DNA of 63,748 nucleotides, the filler included, from Neolecta irregularis DAH-3 (taxonomy: Eukaryota), in assembly GCA_001929475.1 (NCBI GenBank). It is 7 parts of 7 records of this genome, joined end to end, with 100 filler letters (N's around TTAATTAATTAA, not from the genome) between each part and the next. Parts side by side here need not be neighbours in the genome. Positions count along the whole stretch, not along the records: positions 1 to 14,537 come from LXFE01000866.1; 6 more parts are not named here. One strand, given 5' to 3'. The notes under the pieces are model-generated. The model was not told the origin of the DNA and searched no databases. It saw only the letters and a program-made list of their open reading frames with translations. Positions 1 to 14,637 of this stretch are shown here, piece by piece (the stretch's first letter is position 1; each line of letters opens with the position of its first letter). The position numbers and the translations under genes were made by a program.

Positions 1-632
1 GTACATTTGAATCGAGGGCTCCACTCTCCAATAGTAGTCGTACTTTTTAAGAATTTCCTGTTGATGGAAAAATCCTGACATATATCGACACATATGTCTA
101 TCGATCAGTCAACTCTTGTTGTAATGCGTAAATTCAAACCTATATGACTCCGATTCACCATATATGACATTCTGAGCTGCTAAAGCATCCCTCCCCTCCT
201 TTGCTCTGTTGAATAAGGATGTAATACAAACGATTGTTGATACTTTTGAAGGTCGACCCATTCAGGATAACTCCAATGTGCGTGCGGAACTATAGCATAT
301 TCTGTTGGGCCTGAGACAAGCGATGAAGTGACGCGGATAAACTCTTCCGAGAACGGCTCGTCATTGAAGAAAAGCCATGGATAATTAAATTTTTTGTTAA
401 ATCTGTCTTCAATCTGACGAATAGACCCAGCCATTTGGTATAGTTCCGAGTTTCGGCAGAGTGAAATAAAGGCCGCGTTAGACCTCCGCCCTGAATGAAA
501 GATATGTTTTTCATTACTGACAACGGGCTTCTTAGAAGGAATAATTGTAGTGAATAGACATGCAAAGATGAAAGCAATGAGCCAGAGAAGCGAGGATAGA
601 TATCTTGATTTTCGACGGATAATCCACACCAT
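1..632 (-). CDS. KRE2/MNT1/KTR-family alpha-1,2-mannosyltransferase (GT15), 5' part; continues beyond window start
   Basis: N-terminal signal-anchor, [34 protein letters not shown]; after splicing two short introns [18 protein letters not shown] and YDYYWRVEP, typical GT15 motifs. Confidence 0.93.
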
Positions 633-1061
633 GTTTGACAGGAAGGGAATTTAGGATTACAGGACTCCTGCCCAGGAGATCAAAGGCGCTAAGAGCTGAT
701 ACCTGTTGTCTGAAATGATACACGCTTGTTGAAGCTATAAATAACTAGTTGCTTGATTAGATGACCATTGTGGCCTCCTTTATATTTCCCTATTCAAGGT
801 TCATATCCCTGTTCTGTTAGCGTGTGGCTCCTAAACAATGTAGGCTTGTCGCGCAGAATCTGTTCCAAGGGCTAAAGTCGTGAAAAGGATGGTGAATAGA
901 GTGAATGTTTGATGGGGCGGGAATGGGGTTCTAGTTGTTGTTCTTGTTGATTCTTATGATATTCTTTGTATTGAATGTAAGGGGCAAAGGGGACTATCCT
1001 ATATACTTGCAGAACCGAACATACTTCATTCCAGTACACGCTGTAGGTAAAAAGGGAAAAG

Positions 1062-1215
1062 CTAACCGGCCGACCCCAAGCCCATGGGTAAAGCCCATGG
1101 GTTACCCATGGACCGGGCTAAGCCTATGACCCGTTGCCAACACTGACAATAACCCACCACCGTAGTGGATTTTTGACGTTCTGGTCCTTCTTAGGTACAC
1201 TGGAAATATCTTCAA
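1062..1215 (-). mobile_element. Possible hAT-like DNA transposon end/remnant
   Basis: Minus strand from 1145 reads CAGTGTTGGCAACGGGT (CAG-starting TIR-like end), then AAGCCCATGGGT x2 and a CCCATGGG palindrome as subterminal repeats; adjacent minus frame KNPLRWW resembles the start of a hAT dimerisation domain; no partner TIR found. Confidence 0.3.
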
Positions 1216-1671
1216 TATTGGGTGAAGGTGTGTCACTTTCCTGTGAATATATTGAAGCTGGTAAATATTCTGTAGTTGGTAATGAAGATGGTGTTGATGA
1301 AAATGAAAGCTGCTGCTCAGTGGGTTGAAAAAGTGCTCCACATTGAATTCATACATCCATTCCATGATACAACAGGTGATTAAACAGCAAACCATGTTTC
1401 CTCGACCTACAAGTTCCTTGTGGAATACATCGACAATCCGATCCCTTCAATACTGGCGTGCAAAGCTGTTGGAACCCAATGCATCCTTTCTATAATTTAT
1501 CTACTACGTACATTTTCCCATCATTTACAACTATATTTCCACGAGACATAGACTTCCTGTACTAGATGATCTATATAACGATACCCTCTCGCGAAAGTGA
1601 AATAGTGTTGAGAAAGTAGGAATCGAAGGAACATTCAGCGTTCCAAAAGAGAAATGCTATCTACTACTACC

Positions 1672-2476
1672 TCATGGATCAATAGTTCCAAGTATTTCCC
1701 TCAGCGCTTCCGCGCTCATGGTAGCAGCTTTTTTCTGCTTTAGAAACTTCGCACGATGTCTGCCATATAAGCGCGGTTAACAAACAGAATGAGCATACGA
1801 GAATCTTCCCAATGTAGGAAGAACAACAACAACAGGTAAGGAGTTCAATGTTTCTCCTTGTGGTTTGATCTTCTTCAAAGGAGGACTGGATAAATCTCGG
1901 TCGATCAGCTTCCGTTTCTTATTCAAATGTTCATCCGTCGACTTTCTGCGAGCCCGTTCTTCCCGTTTGATTTTCCGTTGTTCTCTGCGAGCCATGCGCT
2001 CTGCCTTCCTCATCGCCTTCTCTTGCGCTTCCTTGTCATCAGTATTTACTTTTTTGAAATCGCTCTGCCATGACTCTCCACGAACAAACCTCATAGCTCT
2101 ATATCCTCGACCAAGGATATACTCCCCTGGTTTCCCCTTGACCGTAACATTATATACAGGATTTTCTCGGCCATTGATCCGGGCAAAAAGTCGTTCGAGA
2201 CTTTGAAGGCCTTTCCAGTCATCTTGTCCAGGATATTTACACCCAATTCCTAATTTATCATCTTTCAGAGCGATCTTAATATTTGAGGATGATCCGGACT
2301 GAGTTCGACCTAATCCGTTTCCTGATTTCCACCCAAGACCTGCGAGAAGCTTGAAGCCGTATTTGGAAGTATCATTTCCCCAAGTTGTGTTCCGTGGGTC
2401 CAACCCTGCTGTCAGTTGAAGATCGCTGTGGAGAACAACCAATTTTTTGACGATTATGAGGACCTGCTAGGCCCAT
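1672..2476 (-). CDS. PXR1: Pxr1/Gno1/PinX1 G-patch ribosome-biogenesis protein (2 introns)
   Basis: MGLAGPHNRQKI|GLDPRNTTWGNDTSKYGFKLLAGLGWKSGNGLG (G-patch), K/R-rich middle, C-terminal HRAKFLKQKKAATM; 34-nt intron at 2439-2406. Confidence 0.93.
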
Positions 2477-2579
2477 AGATGGGGTTGGAATAAAACGGAT
2501 GGAACGAACAAGATGAAACAAATTTTCGCGCGGGGTGGAGTAATAGTTTGTATGTACACTTCTATCTGTAACCACCAAC

Positions 2580-3483
2580 ATGGTTCGCACCCGCTCCTCG
2601 CAGATCAAAGCCAGTATAATTGTCCCCACGTACAAAGAAAACGAAAATTTGCGATCTCTGACTAAGCGTCTCTTCCAAGCCATAGCCTCATCTTCATACA
2701 GCCACTGGGTTGAACTAATTGTGGTTGACGATAACAGCAACGACGGGTCTGCCGAGACTGTTGCGGAACTCCAGAAGGAAGGCTACAATGTACGAATTGT
2801 AGTTAGAACTACGGAACGCGGATTGAGCAGCGCGGTGGTTCGGGGGTTTCAAGAGTCTCAAGGCGAGTATCTGGTTTGCATGGATGCCGATTTGCAAGTA
2901 TGTCAACCTCTCTTTTTTCCTGTTTTTTTACATTTGAAAAATGGTGTTGACTGGTCCCAGCATCCGCCCGAATGTATTCCCGCCTTGCTCGCCCTTCTCG
3001 ATGATTCGTCTTTTGTCCAGGCAACCCGCTACCATCCTTCTTCCAGAACCAACGAAAATTGGCCTCTGTACCGCAAAATAATCTCCGAAGGAGCCCGTGT
3101 TTTGGCTCGCCCATTAACCTCTGTTAGTGACCCTATGTCTGGTCTGTTCGGTATCAAGAAAGAATACGTATGGTCTCTAGCGAGATTTATATTGATATCT
3201 ATAGTTCTTAAAAGCAAAAGATATGAATCCACTTGGCTTCAAGATCGCCCTTGATCTTCTCGTGAAGTCAAATATTCCATTTCGTGCTATCGCTGAATTT
3301 CCTTTTGACTTTGGTGTCAGACAAGAAGGGGAAAGTAAACTTACGGGCAAAGTAATGCTTCGATATTTAGAACAATTAGCAGAACTTTATTTTTGGAAAT
3401 TCGGGTATTCTCTGATCCTGTTTTTACTTGTCATTCTTGTTTTGGTGATGTTTCTTCTAGCAAAGATTGCTGGATTTATGTAG
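2580..3483 (+). CDS. DPM1: Dolichol-phosphate mannosyltransferase, S. cerevisiae-type with C-terminal TM helix (2 introns)
   Basis: SIIVPTYKE, IVVDDNSNDGS, RGLSSAV, LVCMDADLQ|HPPE, SDPMSG, GFKIALDLLVK, FGVRQEGESKLTGKV, hydrophobic C-terminus. Confidence 0.96.
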
Positions 3484-4178
3484 TTTAAACACTTCGGATA
3501 GGAACTTCCAAAGCATTATATTTTGTAAGAATTAGACATGTAACACTCTCGCATAATCTTATTTCCTAGGTCTTGTAATATGTGTTGTACTGTTCTAGGG
3601 CGGTGAGAAGATTGGCTTTCTAAAAGCTATCTCTGGTGATAAATTAAAGGCTAAAAGGTCTACGGGTATTAATTTTCATATTAAAGAATGTATATAGTCC
3701 TGGCTTTCTGAAACTCCCTACTTACAATGCCCTACGGAAATGCAAACCAACTGATCTCGACCAAAAATAAATTTGCCTGCAGGCCAAATTAAACCATTGA
3801 TTCACTCCTAATTTGACTCGTTCACCAATAATTATTTGCTATCAATGAGATATTGTATTTTACAAAGCATTCTTTCCATCCATGCACCGAATATTCTTTT
3901 GGGAGATTAGCCTCCTACCGCTGTGGTATGGGAAGGCCAGCTTGTAGGGCGCAAGATTACATGGGAACGCGGGATAAGTTCTCCCCGTCAACAGACTCCA
4001 AGAATTAATCTCGGTTTATCGCATCGGCGGGAACCTAAGTCTTGAGGGTCAAATTGGGTCTCCTACGCTAGAAAAGAGAAGGAGATGAAGCCAGACGACT
4101 GAAGAGTGTGCCACAGCCGTCGCGCGTCCCAGTCCGCCCTCTTCTCTCGCTTGCACCCGCCGCGCGCTCCTCCCCCGC

Positions 4179-4365
4179 CTACGCCGCTTCCTGCTGAGCC
4201 TGCCGGAGTCGCTGCTGCCCGCCGACCGCTGCTATCCCACATACACCACACAGATATCCCGCAAATACCCCCGTAGCCCCTCAACCATCCCAGCCACGAG
4301 TACCGCCTCAGCCCGGACGTCTTCGTCTCCCTCATCCAGAACCAGGCCCACTTTCTCCTCGACGA
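4179..4365 (+). pseudogene. Deleted/degenerate fragment of a Sac7/Bag7/Rga5-type RhoGAP
   Basis: Translated blocks LRRFLLSLPESLLPADRCY and HPSHEYRLSPDVFVSLIQNQAHFLL resemble, from recall, Sac7-family LRRYLxxLPEP and HPxHDMxPxEYRLSQDVLIFLIENQDHFL; intervening domain missing, in-frame stops nearby. Confidence 0.6.
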
Positions 4366-4682
4366 AAAGAACCCCTCCGTAGAGCCTCCCTCGACGCAAA
4401 GACCTTCCTACCGGCCTCCCCCGCCCGTCTCGAGCGGCAGTGCGCGGCCAGGACGAGTAGCGCATCGGGGCACTGCGCCAGACTGCCACCGGAGAGTACA
4501 GCCACGGGTTCGCGGGCAGTGAGCAGCCAGCGTCCACAGCAGCAGCACGCCCAGCTCCGCGCCCGCAATCGCTGCCGCCCCACACACCGCCGCGTGCAGC
4601 AGAAGCCCAGGTCGCGCATACACAAAAAACCCCAGCCTGTCCCGCCGCCACTCGCCTTCTCCCTCTCATGCCGTCTCCCAGA

Positions 4683-4832
4683 ATGGCCAGCAAGAAGTCC
4701 CGACTTTCAAGCTCGTCCTTGCCGGCGATGGAGGTACAACCTCGAATTCGAGATTGCTACGCTCAGGGTGGGAGTCCGTTCTATCAATTTCCACACCAAT
4801 TTCGCACAGATTTGTTTCAACACTGGATACTC
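4683..4832 (+). pseudogene. Ran GTPase (Gsp1/Spi1) N-terminal pseudogene fragment
   Basis: QQEVPTFKLVLAGDGGT, then after a frameshift EFE-IATLRVGVRSINFHTNFAQICFN, matching Ran PTFKLVLVGDGGTGKT...EFEKKYIATLGVEVHPLxFHTNFGEICFN; GKTTFVKRHLTG deleted, frameshifts. Confidence 0.8.
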
Positions 4833-5251
4833 CTGCATCGGCGAACCACAAGTTTTCCTGGATCTACCAAGGTCTTACATGTCAATAATCAATCGGAGGG
4901 ATGAATAGCTTAGGCTCAGGAAACTGCTATTCTTAGGTCTCGTTTGTGTAATATATAAACCGGCCTTTAGGTAGAAAAGAAGGATATCTCTTGCGGAAGT
5001 AACCCAGTTGATCTCGCCCATAGCATTCGGCGCTTATGGGTGACTGCCAAAGGGTTTGTGGTAGACTGGATGTAATATTTTTCGGAAGGGTTAGGATTCT
5101 CCACTTATTAACAACCGACGGCGCTGCCTCTTTTGAAATGGTGGAGTTTTCGTGTTTTCGTGACATTCCATCCCGAAAAAAGTTAACACCAAAGGAACCA
5201 GTCCCCATTCCGCTTGCCTCCTTTGCTTCCATTCGTTCAACACCAGACACC

Positions 5252-7809
<2,558 letters not shown>

Positions 7810-8092
7810 GTATCGTTACTGTGGACGGATTTCTATATGCTATTGTGGTGGTGGTTAAGGGGGGTCATTATTGTCATCAGAAGCATTTCTCTTTCATTTA
7901 GTTGTTTAAATAGCATTTCTTGGTATGTATTGTCTAGCGGGATTTCATATTCATTCTTGTTTGTTCCACCAACATATTTTTGAAATTGAAGTAGAATTTG
8001 AACTAGTCTTAAAGGCCATTTGCCTGGAGAACTTTGTTGCTTCGCAGGGTTGGCGTTTGCTAAAACTGGACTTGGCGCTCCGCTCTCCACCA

Positions 8093-9540
8093 ATGATCAT
8101 GCTGCATATGTCCATCTCTCTCTTTTTGTTCTTCGCGGCCTTCGCGTCTGCACATTCAGTCAGCGGAAACCGTTTGCTGGTTGTCCACGATGTTGGTGTT
8201 TCGCCTAAAGAATATTCCACGCTTTTTGGTTTTCTGAAAGGTGAGATGACTCGTTCTGCCCTCCAATTGACATGAAGATCGGCTGTTTGACATCACCTTC
8301 AAAGATATCAAGGCGGATACTTCCCTATTCCAATTCGACGAGAGGTTATATGATCATCTAGTTATCATGACGACAAAATCCAAAGGTACCCCAATTTTCC
8401 CTGAGACTCTAGTGTTCACACAAAAGGCCTGGGACCGAATCTTACTGCACGAAAGGTACTTGATCATGTCAAATCTGGCGGAAATCTGCTTTTCGCAGGA
8501 TCTCCTTCGGTTCCCGAAACACTGCGTGAAATTTCCAGGGAACTCGACATCGAATTCGCCCAGCGTGATTCCCTGGTTGTTGACCATTTCTCACCAGACC
8601 CCAAACATCCCACATTCAATACCTTTTCATCAAACCAAAATATCCTCTCAGAAGCCGTGCGGAGCGGAAATAGTGTCAAATATTCTGGAATTGGGATGTC
8701 GTTGGGCGAATCGTCTATGCTGGTGCCCTTCTTGAGAGCGAGTCGAACTGCATATAGTTATGATACAAAAGAGGAATTTTCTGGTGTTGAAGATAGTTGG
8801 ATGGCCGGGACTCAAATGGTTTTGGCAACTGGATTTCAAGCACGAAATAATGCTAGAGTGGGAGTCACCGGCAGCTTGGAGATGTTTTCGAATGAGTATT
8901 GAATATACTGTAAGAGAGCTAAGTCTAGGTATGTCAATGATAAAACAACTGGAAACGAAAACTTTATCCAAGAATTCACCAAATGGGTTTTCCAAGAGAC
9001 TGGTGTAATCAGATTTGATTCTGGAATCCACCATCTTGCCGGCCAAGTTGGAAACGCTACTGCATACAACCCCAAAGTTTATAAAGTCAAAACAGATATG
9101 GTATGTTCCTTGTATCGTTTCTATATTAATCACAGACCTATACCGCAAAACTCTCTCACTGGAACGGTAAGTCGTGGGTTCCATATAATCCAACAGATGT
9201 ACAACTTGAGATCAAAATGCTTGATCCGTATATCCGTCAAACGTTGCCCTCTTCGCTCACTACAACCCTTACTCTTCCTGATCAATATGGCGTTTTCACT
9301 TTCCAAATCATATATGAACGGCCTGGACTAAGCAACATCAACCATAAAGAGCTCGTTACTATTCGACATCTTCGAACAGATGAGTATCCCCGATTTCTCA
9401 TAGCTGCATGGCCGTATTATACAAGCAGTGCAGTTGTAGTGATGAGCTGGCTTTTGTTTTGTGGAATTTGGCTTTATTTCAGCGACGGAACAAGCCAAGA
9501 GATCAACGGTAAAAAGTCGAAAACGAAGAAGAATGAATAA
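8093..9540 (+). CDS. WBP1: Oligosaccharyltransferase subunit Wbp1/OST48 (4 introns)
   Basis: Signal peptide, RLLVV, RTAYSY, FQARNNARVGVTGSLEMFSNE, MLDPYIR, LPDQYGVFTF, DEYPRFLIAAWPYY, TM helix, dilysine C-terminus; start may be 8093, 8099 or 8108. Confidence 0.95.
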
Positions 9541-10051
9541 ATATATATTTGAGAATAGATTTTGATCTCGCTTTTCTGCATGATTCAAAATCATTGTTCC
9601 TCAAGGTGTGGATATTGGCGTATCTAGATGTCAGGATCAAATTTCGACTGTCCTGACTTTACAAATTTTGAGAATCAGAAAGTATTTCCAGAGAACCGAA
9701 GTGGTAGGGATACAATTTACAGCCTGATAAAATCTGTTTCAAAGATGTGGAAAATGAAGTGCCAAAGAACGAGAACTCCACCTCATGATCATGTAATAGA
9801 CATCAGGTAGAGGAAGATTCAAGGAGCGCTAGGGTTACCTTTTGTTAAGCGGATTTATACGGACGATATTTAAACCGTATTAACTTCTACAAGCATTAGA
9901 GTAGATTCCCACAATCTGACAACAGTGGAGAATCACAATAATGAAATATAGTGATGGTTCTTTATGAATAGAAAGTATATCGATGTCAAGTAATACAAAC
10001 TAAAACAAAAAAAAGCTACCAAAAGAAATAAGCGACCTGAAGAATGTGATA

Positions 10052-13000
10052 CTAAATCATGACTAGCAATTCATGTCTAGTTTCTCTTTTATGTTCCATC
10101 TTTGGAAAAAACGGAATCATACTATCGGCTTGATGGATGTACATGTTATTGTACATTCTCCAATAAATCTCTCGAACACGACGAGCGGGATGGAATAAAC
10201 CTGCGGAAAACAATTAATAAATGATTTTAATAATTGGGTGAAACCTTGTAGAATGTAGTTCATGAGGACTCCTGGACCAAGACATAATCGGATACCTTCG
10301 ACTCCATCCATCATAGCGTTGATAACATGGGGACTAGTCTCGAATATATTTCTGCAAGGGTAACTATATGGATGGAATAGAGGACGTACGGCCATATAAC
10401 GTTTAATAAACTTTGGGCAGCATCCTCTCGTCCCAAACCTGCGCATCCAAGAGCGATATGTTTGACGATGGTACCTGCTGTTTGTCTGTGAACTTGATCC
10501 CGATCAGTGAGCGCGTCTTCCAACAGCGGTAAAACGGCATAAATATAGTCAGCGCCGAGTTCTCCTACATATTCAAATAAGAAACTGAGAGCTTTTAAAC
10601 AGCCTTGTCGAACATTATACTCTGGAGTTCTGTAATCTGCCATGAGTGCTGGAATACAAGTAAATGGAGAACAAGTTTCTGCAACGATGGCGATAGCAAC
10701 TGTTGTGCAAACCCTATTTTGACGTTCTTGGACTCTGAGGTTGTTGAGGAGGGTAGCGAGAACGTCTTGTGGGCCGATTGCTTTTGCGATATATCCAAAT
10801 GTGTTTACGGCAGCTCTTCTGATGCCCTTTTTATGCGCCTTTAGCATATCTAGTAATTCGAAACAGATTCTCATCCATTCTCGTGCTGAAACAAACTCTG
10901 CTCCTCGATCTGCGATTCGACCTACCAAATCGATTGTATTTTCTTGGACTTTTTCATGACGATTGCGGAGGATTGGAGTTAATCTTGGCAAAAGATCTTT
11001 AATTGGAGGTTGCATGCTGGACATTCCAACGACTGAAACGATTGATCGAAGAGCGCCGAGAATTGAACCGAGTACTTCAGGATACTCTTCTCCCAGATAT
11101 TCGTATAAAACGACACCTAATTTCCCCATGAGTGCTTCTTCGCCGCATTGTTTCATGACGACTGCGATTCGCGTGACTAGATCCGCTGATTGTTGACGAA
11201 CTTGAGCTGATTTATTGTTTAGTCTCCAGAGAATAGTGGAGACTATTTGCGGGAGGTACGGTTTACATCTCATGCCGAGAGCATTTACCACCGTTCCAAA
11301 CCCATTTAACAAAACCACGTCTTCGACAGATTGTTCTTGAAACGCATATAGAATACCATCAACAAGTCGTTCTTCAAGCCGTTCGCTAATTTCCGCAGCA
11401 CCGAGCGTCGCTAGAATTTTTTCAATAGTTTCAACAACCATTCGTCTGTACGGTTCGCTTTCATCTTTTAATGCCCCGACGATACGTTCGACGATTTCTA
11501 CCACGCCGACTTTATTTGCCATTTCAACTGTTGTGTCTACTACTTGTCTGTAATTCCGGCGATCGAGCGCCATCCTGCGGACCCAGAAATGTTTAAAAAA
11601 ATCAGGAATAACGCGATCGCGAAGAAAACCTGGAGTAACACCCTCGGTTCCCGAACACTGTTTAACCACCTTTAGCACAATTTTCTTCATCTCCTCGTCT
11701 GGAGATTGGAATTCGCGGATGAGAACGGGCATTACTTCCTTTGTATAATATCCCGCATGTTCAACGTCCATCAACGGGATGATAAACCCAATTGCTTTTA
11801 AAAATGATGCGAGTACTTTTCCGCGGTGTTTTCGAATACTTGTCCAAAGAGGTTTCAACACCGAGTCAAAACTCTCGATTCCGTAGGGTGCAGCTGCCTC
11901 GGCTAATCCAGCAATCGCCAACGCGGTAATCGTTCGTACTTTTTGCTGTTCGTCTTCAAGGTTATTAGCTATACACTCTACCAAATTTTTCAAGTGCGGT
12001 AAAATTGCACAGCCCATTAGTATTGCGATTTGTTGGATTATTTTGACACCGGTATGACGTGCTTGCCAGGATTTTTTCGATCTGCAAACGGCGCGGAGAA
12101 AGGGTAGTATTGCTGGAATTCCAAGGGCGCTTGCAACCACGCTGAATGCTCGTGCTGTTGTATTTCGAACGTATTCATCTACGTGGTCGATATCTGGTCG
12201 CATTGTTGAAATCATATAAGCCAAGCCAGCTGCTTTACTCAGATTTGAAATGATTTCTCGTCCTTCTACTCTTGCGTAGTAATCTTCATCGATCAAGAGG
12301 GGTTCAATTACGACCAAGATTTTATGGACATAGGGGCGCACGAGTTCGTCTAGTTTGTATAAAATCCGATCAATGATTTTGACGAGTAAATGGCGTTCTT
12401 GATCTTCGAGAGTTTTCTCCATTAATAGAGGTAAAATTACATTAAACAAGGGTCCAGCACCAAATTCACGAGCTTTATCGGTGAGTTGTCGTAATGCCGA
12501 TTTCCGCATTGGTGGAGTTCCGTTTTTGACTTTGAGGATTAATCGTTGGATTTTACGTTCTCGAAGTTCCGAGATTGTGAGATCGTTGTCGTCTGTTCCA
12601 TCGATTAATTTTCCGAAATACTTGATGTCTTCTTGTTTGAAAAAGGCGAGTTCGCCTACGCCGGGGATGTCTGTGGGTAATTTTTGGGTAGTGTTTGCTT
12701 GAACTGTTGATTCTTCCAAGATTGAGAAGCCTGGTGCAGCGGGTGTTGACTGGAGTTTTTTTGCGGGTGCACGGGTTGGTTCGTAGCCGGGTGGCGGATC
12801 CAAGATTTTGTAGCCTTCTGTAGGCAAGAGTTCGTCGAGTTCTTCGTCCGAGAGGGGAGCGTTGCGGCCGCCGACATCTGTTCCAAACGATATGGGTTGG
12901 TGGATTAGGGGGGTTTGCATTCCTAGTCCACCGAGGGGGGTTGCTCCTACCATTGGGGTCTGGTCCCATCGCGACCGTTTTGAAATTTCGCCAGGGCCGG

Positions 13001-13861
13001 GAGTTTGGTCCCAGCGCGACTTTTTTGAATCTTTTAGGGCTTCATCGAGCGCTAGCGGATCTTCGGGATGCCATCTTCGTTTGCGTGGGCGTTTAGCATT
13101 TTCCTGGATGTTTTCCTGGATGTTTTCCTGGATGTTTTCCTTTGCTTGGATGTTTTCCTTTGCTTGGATGTTTTCCTTTTCCTGGATGGTTTCCTTTTCC
13201 AGGGTATTGTTCTTGTCCTGGATATTATCTACTATTTCTGGATATCATTTACCTTTTCCTGGATATTGTTTTGGATATTATTTTGGATATTATTTTTCTG
13301 GATGTCATTTTCGCTGTCTTGAATATAATTTACCTTTTCCTGAATATCGTTTTCCTTGTCATTGACCTGTTGGTGTTTTTGTTTGATAGCAATTTTTACA
13401 CGGAGTTCCTCTCTGTCCAAATCCACGTGTTGCATGGCATCGCTGTAGCCTCTGAGGGGAACATGATTTTTCGCAAAAGGGTCATGGCGGGATGGGCTGA
13501 GGGATCTGTCGAGTCTGCGGTTTTGGTAGTCTGATTGTCTGTCGGCGATAGTTTTTTGAGCCTTTTTGTCTTTGAGGATGTCACCTGCGTCGTGGTCTGT
13601 GTATTCTGCGAGAAACTCTTTTGGGGCTGTGTATTGGGGGACGAGTCTTCTGGTAGGGAGGTCTGACATTTCGAGGTCTGTGTCGTCTACGGGGATGGAA
13701 GTCTCGTAGTTGTCCATGTCTTTTTGTGGGGAGTAGATGTCTGTGTCATAGTGCAAGCCGTTCATGGTCAGGTTTTTGTTTGAAGGGAGCTGTTTAGTGG
13801 GAGCAGCATCAGCGCGTTCTCGCTGGAGGCGCTTTATTTCAGCAACTGCGTTGTCGTCCAT
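10052..13861 (-). CDS. HSH155: U2 snRNP SF3B1/Hsh155/Prp10 (3 predicted introns incl. 13252-13218)
   Basis: RWDQTP ULM repeats, [25 protein letters not shown] repeats [33 protein letters not shown]; spliced C-terminus [18 protein letters not shown]. Confidence 0.98.
13098..13365 (-). repeat. Coding minisatellite ([17 protein letters not shown] units) inside the SF3B1 N-terminus
   Basis: Plus-strand TTTTCCTGGATG x3+, TTTTCCTTTGCTTGGATG x2 and degenerate variants. Confidence 0.9.
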
Positions 13862-13904
13862 GGTGGATAGAATGAACCGCTGGCCGTGTAACAGTCAGCA
13901 TTAA

Positions 13905-14205
13905 ATTACATATGGATTATACATACAAGGAAATGCATATATCGATATATAACTTGGTATGTCCATCAGATGTATAATCAGATGTATAAATCGACATATC
14001 ATTGCATATCATCATACTTGATACCACCACATATCATCATTATACATCCGCATATCCTCAAACAACATCATACTTTACATACTAAATATCGAACCAATAT
14101 AATCAGACATAATCAAATATAATCAGACATAATCAAATATAATCAGATGTAAATCTGCACCAAACCGATATCAATCTAATAACCGGTAATCGTAATCGTA
14201 ATCAG
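13905..14205. repeat. AT-rich degenerate tandem repeats upstream of SF3B1
   Basis: ATATAATCAGACATAATCAA x2-3, ATCAGATGTATA x2, GTAATC x3. Confidence 0.75.
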
Positions 14206-14537
14206 CATCCGCAACACGTCAAGAGGGACCGCGGTGCAGGATGACGCAAGGACACGCAAGGACGGCGCTAGTGCCTGGCCGCGCGCTAGGGTTCCGGGGG
14301 GGGCGCAAGGGGAACGCGGGCATGCGCCACCGGATGCGGTCAGCGAGGCCCACCACCGGGCGGGGCGCCATATTTCATTCTGGAAGCGCGGCCCGCTGCC
14401 ACCGCCAACCCCGCCCGTCCTATTTGCAGCCCTCTCCGGGTTACTGCCAGCCTCGGTTGCCGCCAGTGTAGGATGGAACAGCCTCCGCGCGCCTCGCCTC
14501 GGAGCGCCCCGCAGCCCCCGCGCACTGCCGCCCTGCC

Positions 14538-14637
14538 NNNNNNNNNNNNNNNNNNNNNNNNNNNNNNNNNNNNNNNNNNNNTTAATTAATTAANNNNNNN
14601 NNNNNNNNNNNNNNNNNNNNNNNNNNNNNNNNNNNNN
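14538..14637. other. Artificial assembly spacer (also 18095-18194, 21270-21369, 34765-34864, 39214-39313, 49430-49529)
   Basis: Each is 100 nt: N-run + TTAATTAATTAA (stops in all six frames) + N-run. Confidence 0.98.

Noticed and set aside
11930-12200. SF3B1 HEAT-repeat hotspot residues as an explanation for relaxed splicing
   Set aside because: Motifs containing the human R625, H662, K666 and K700 equivalents ([23 protein letters not shown]) appear unchanged.
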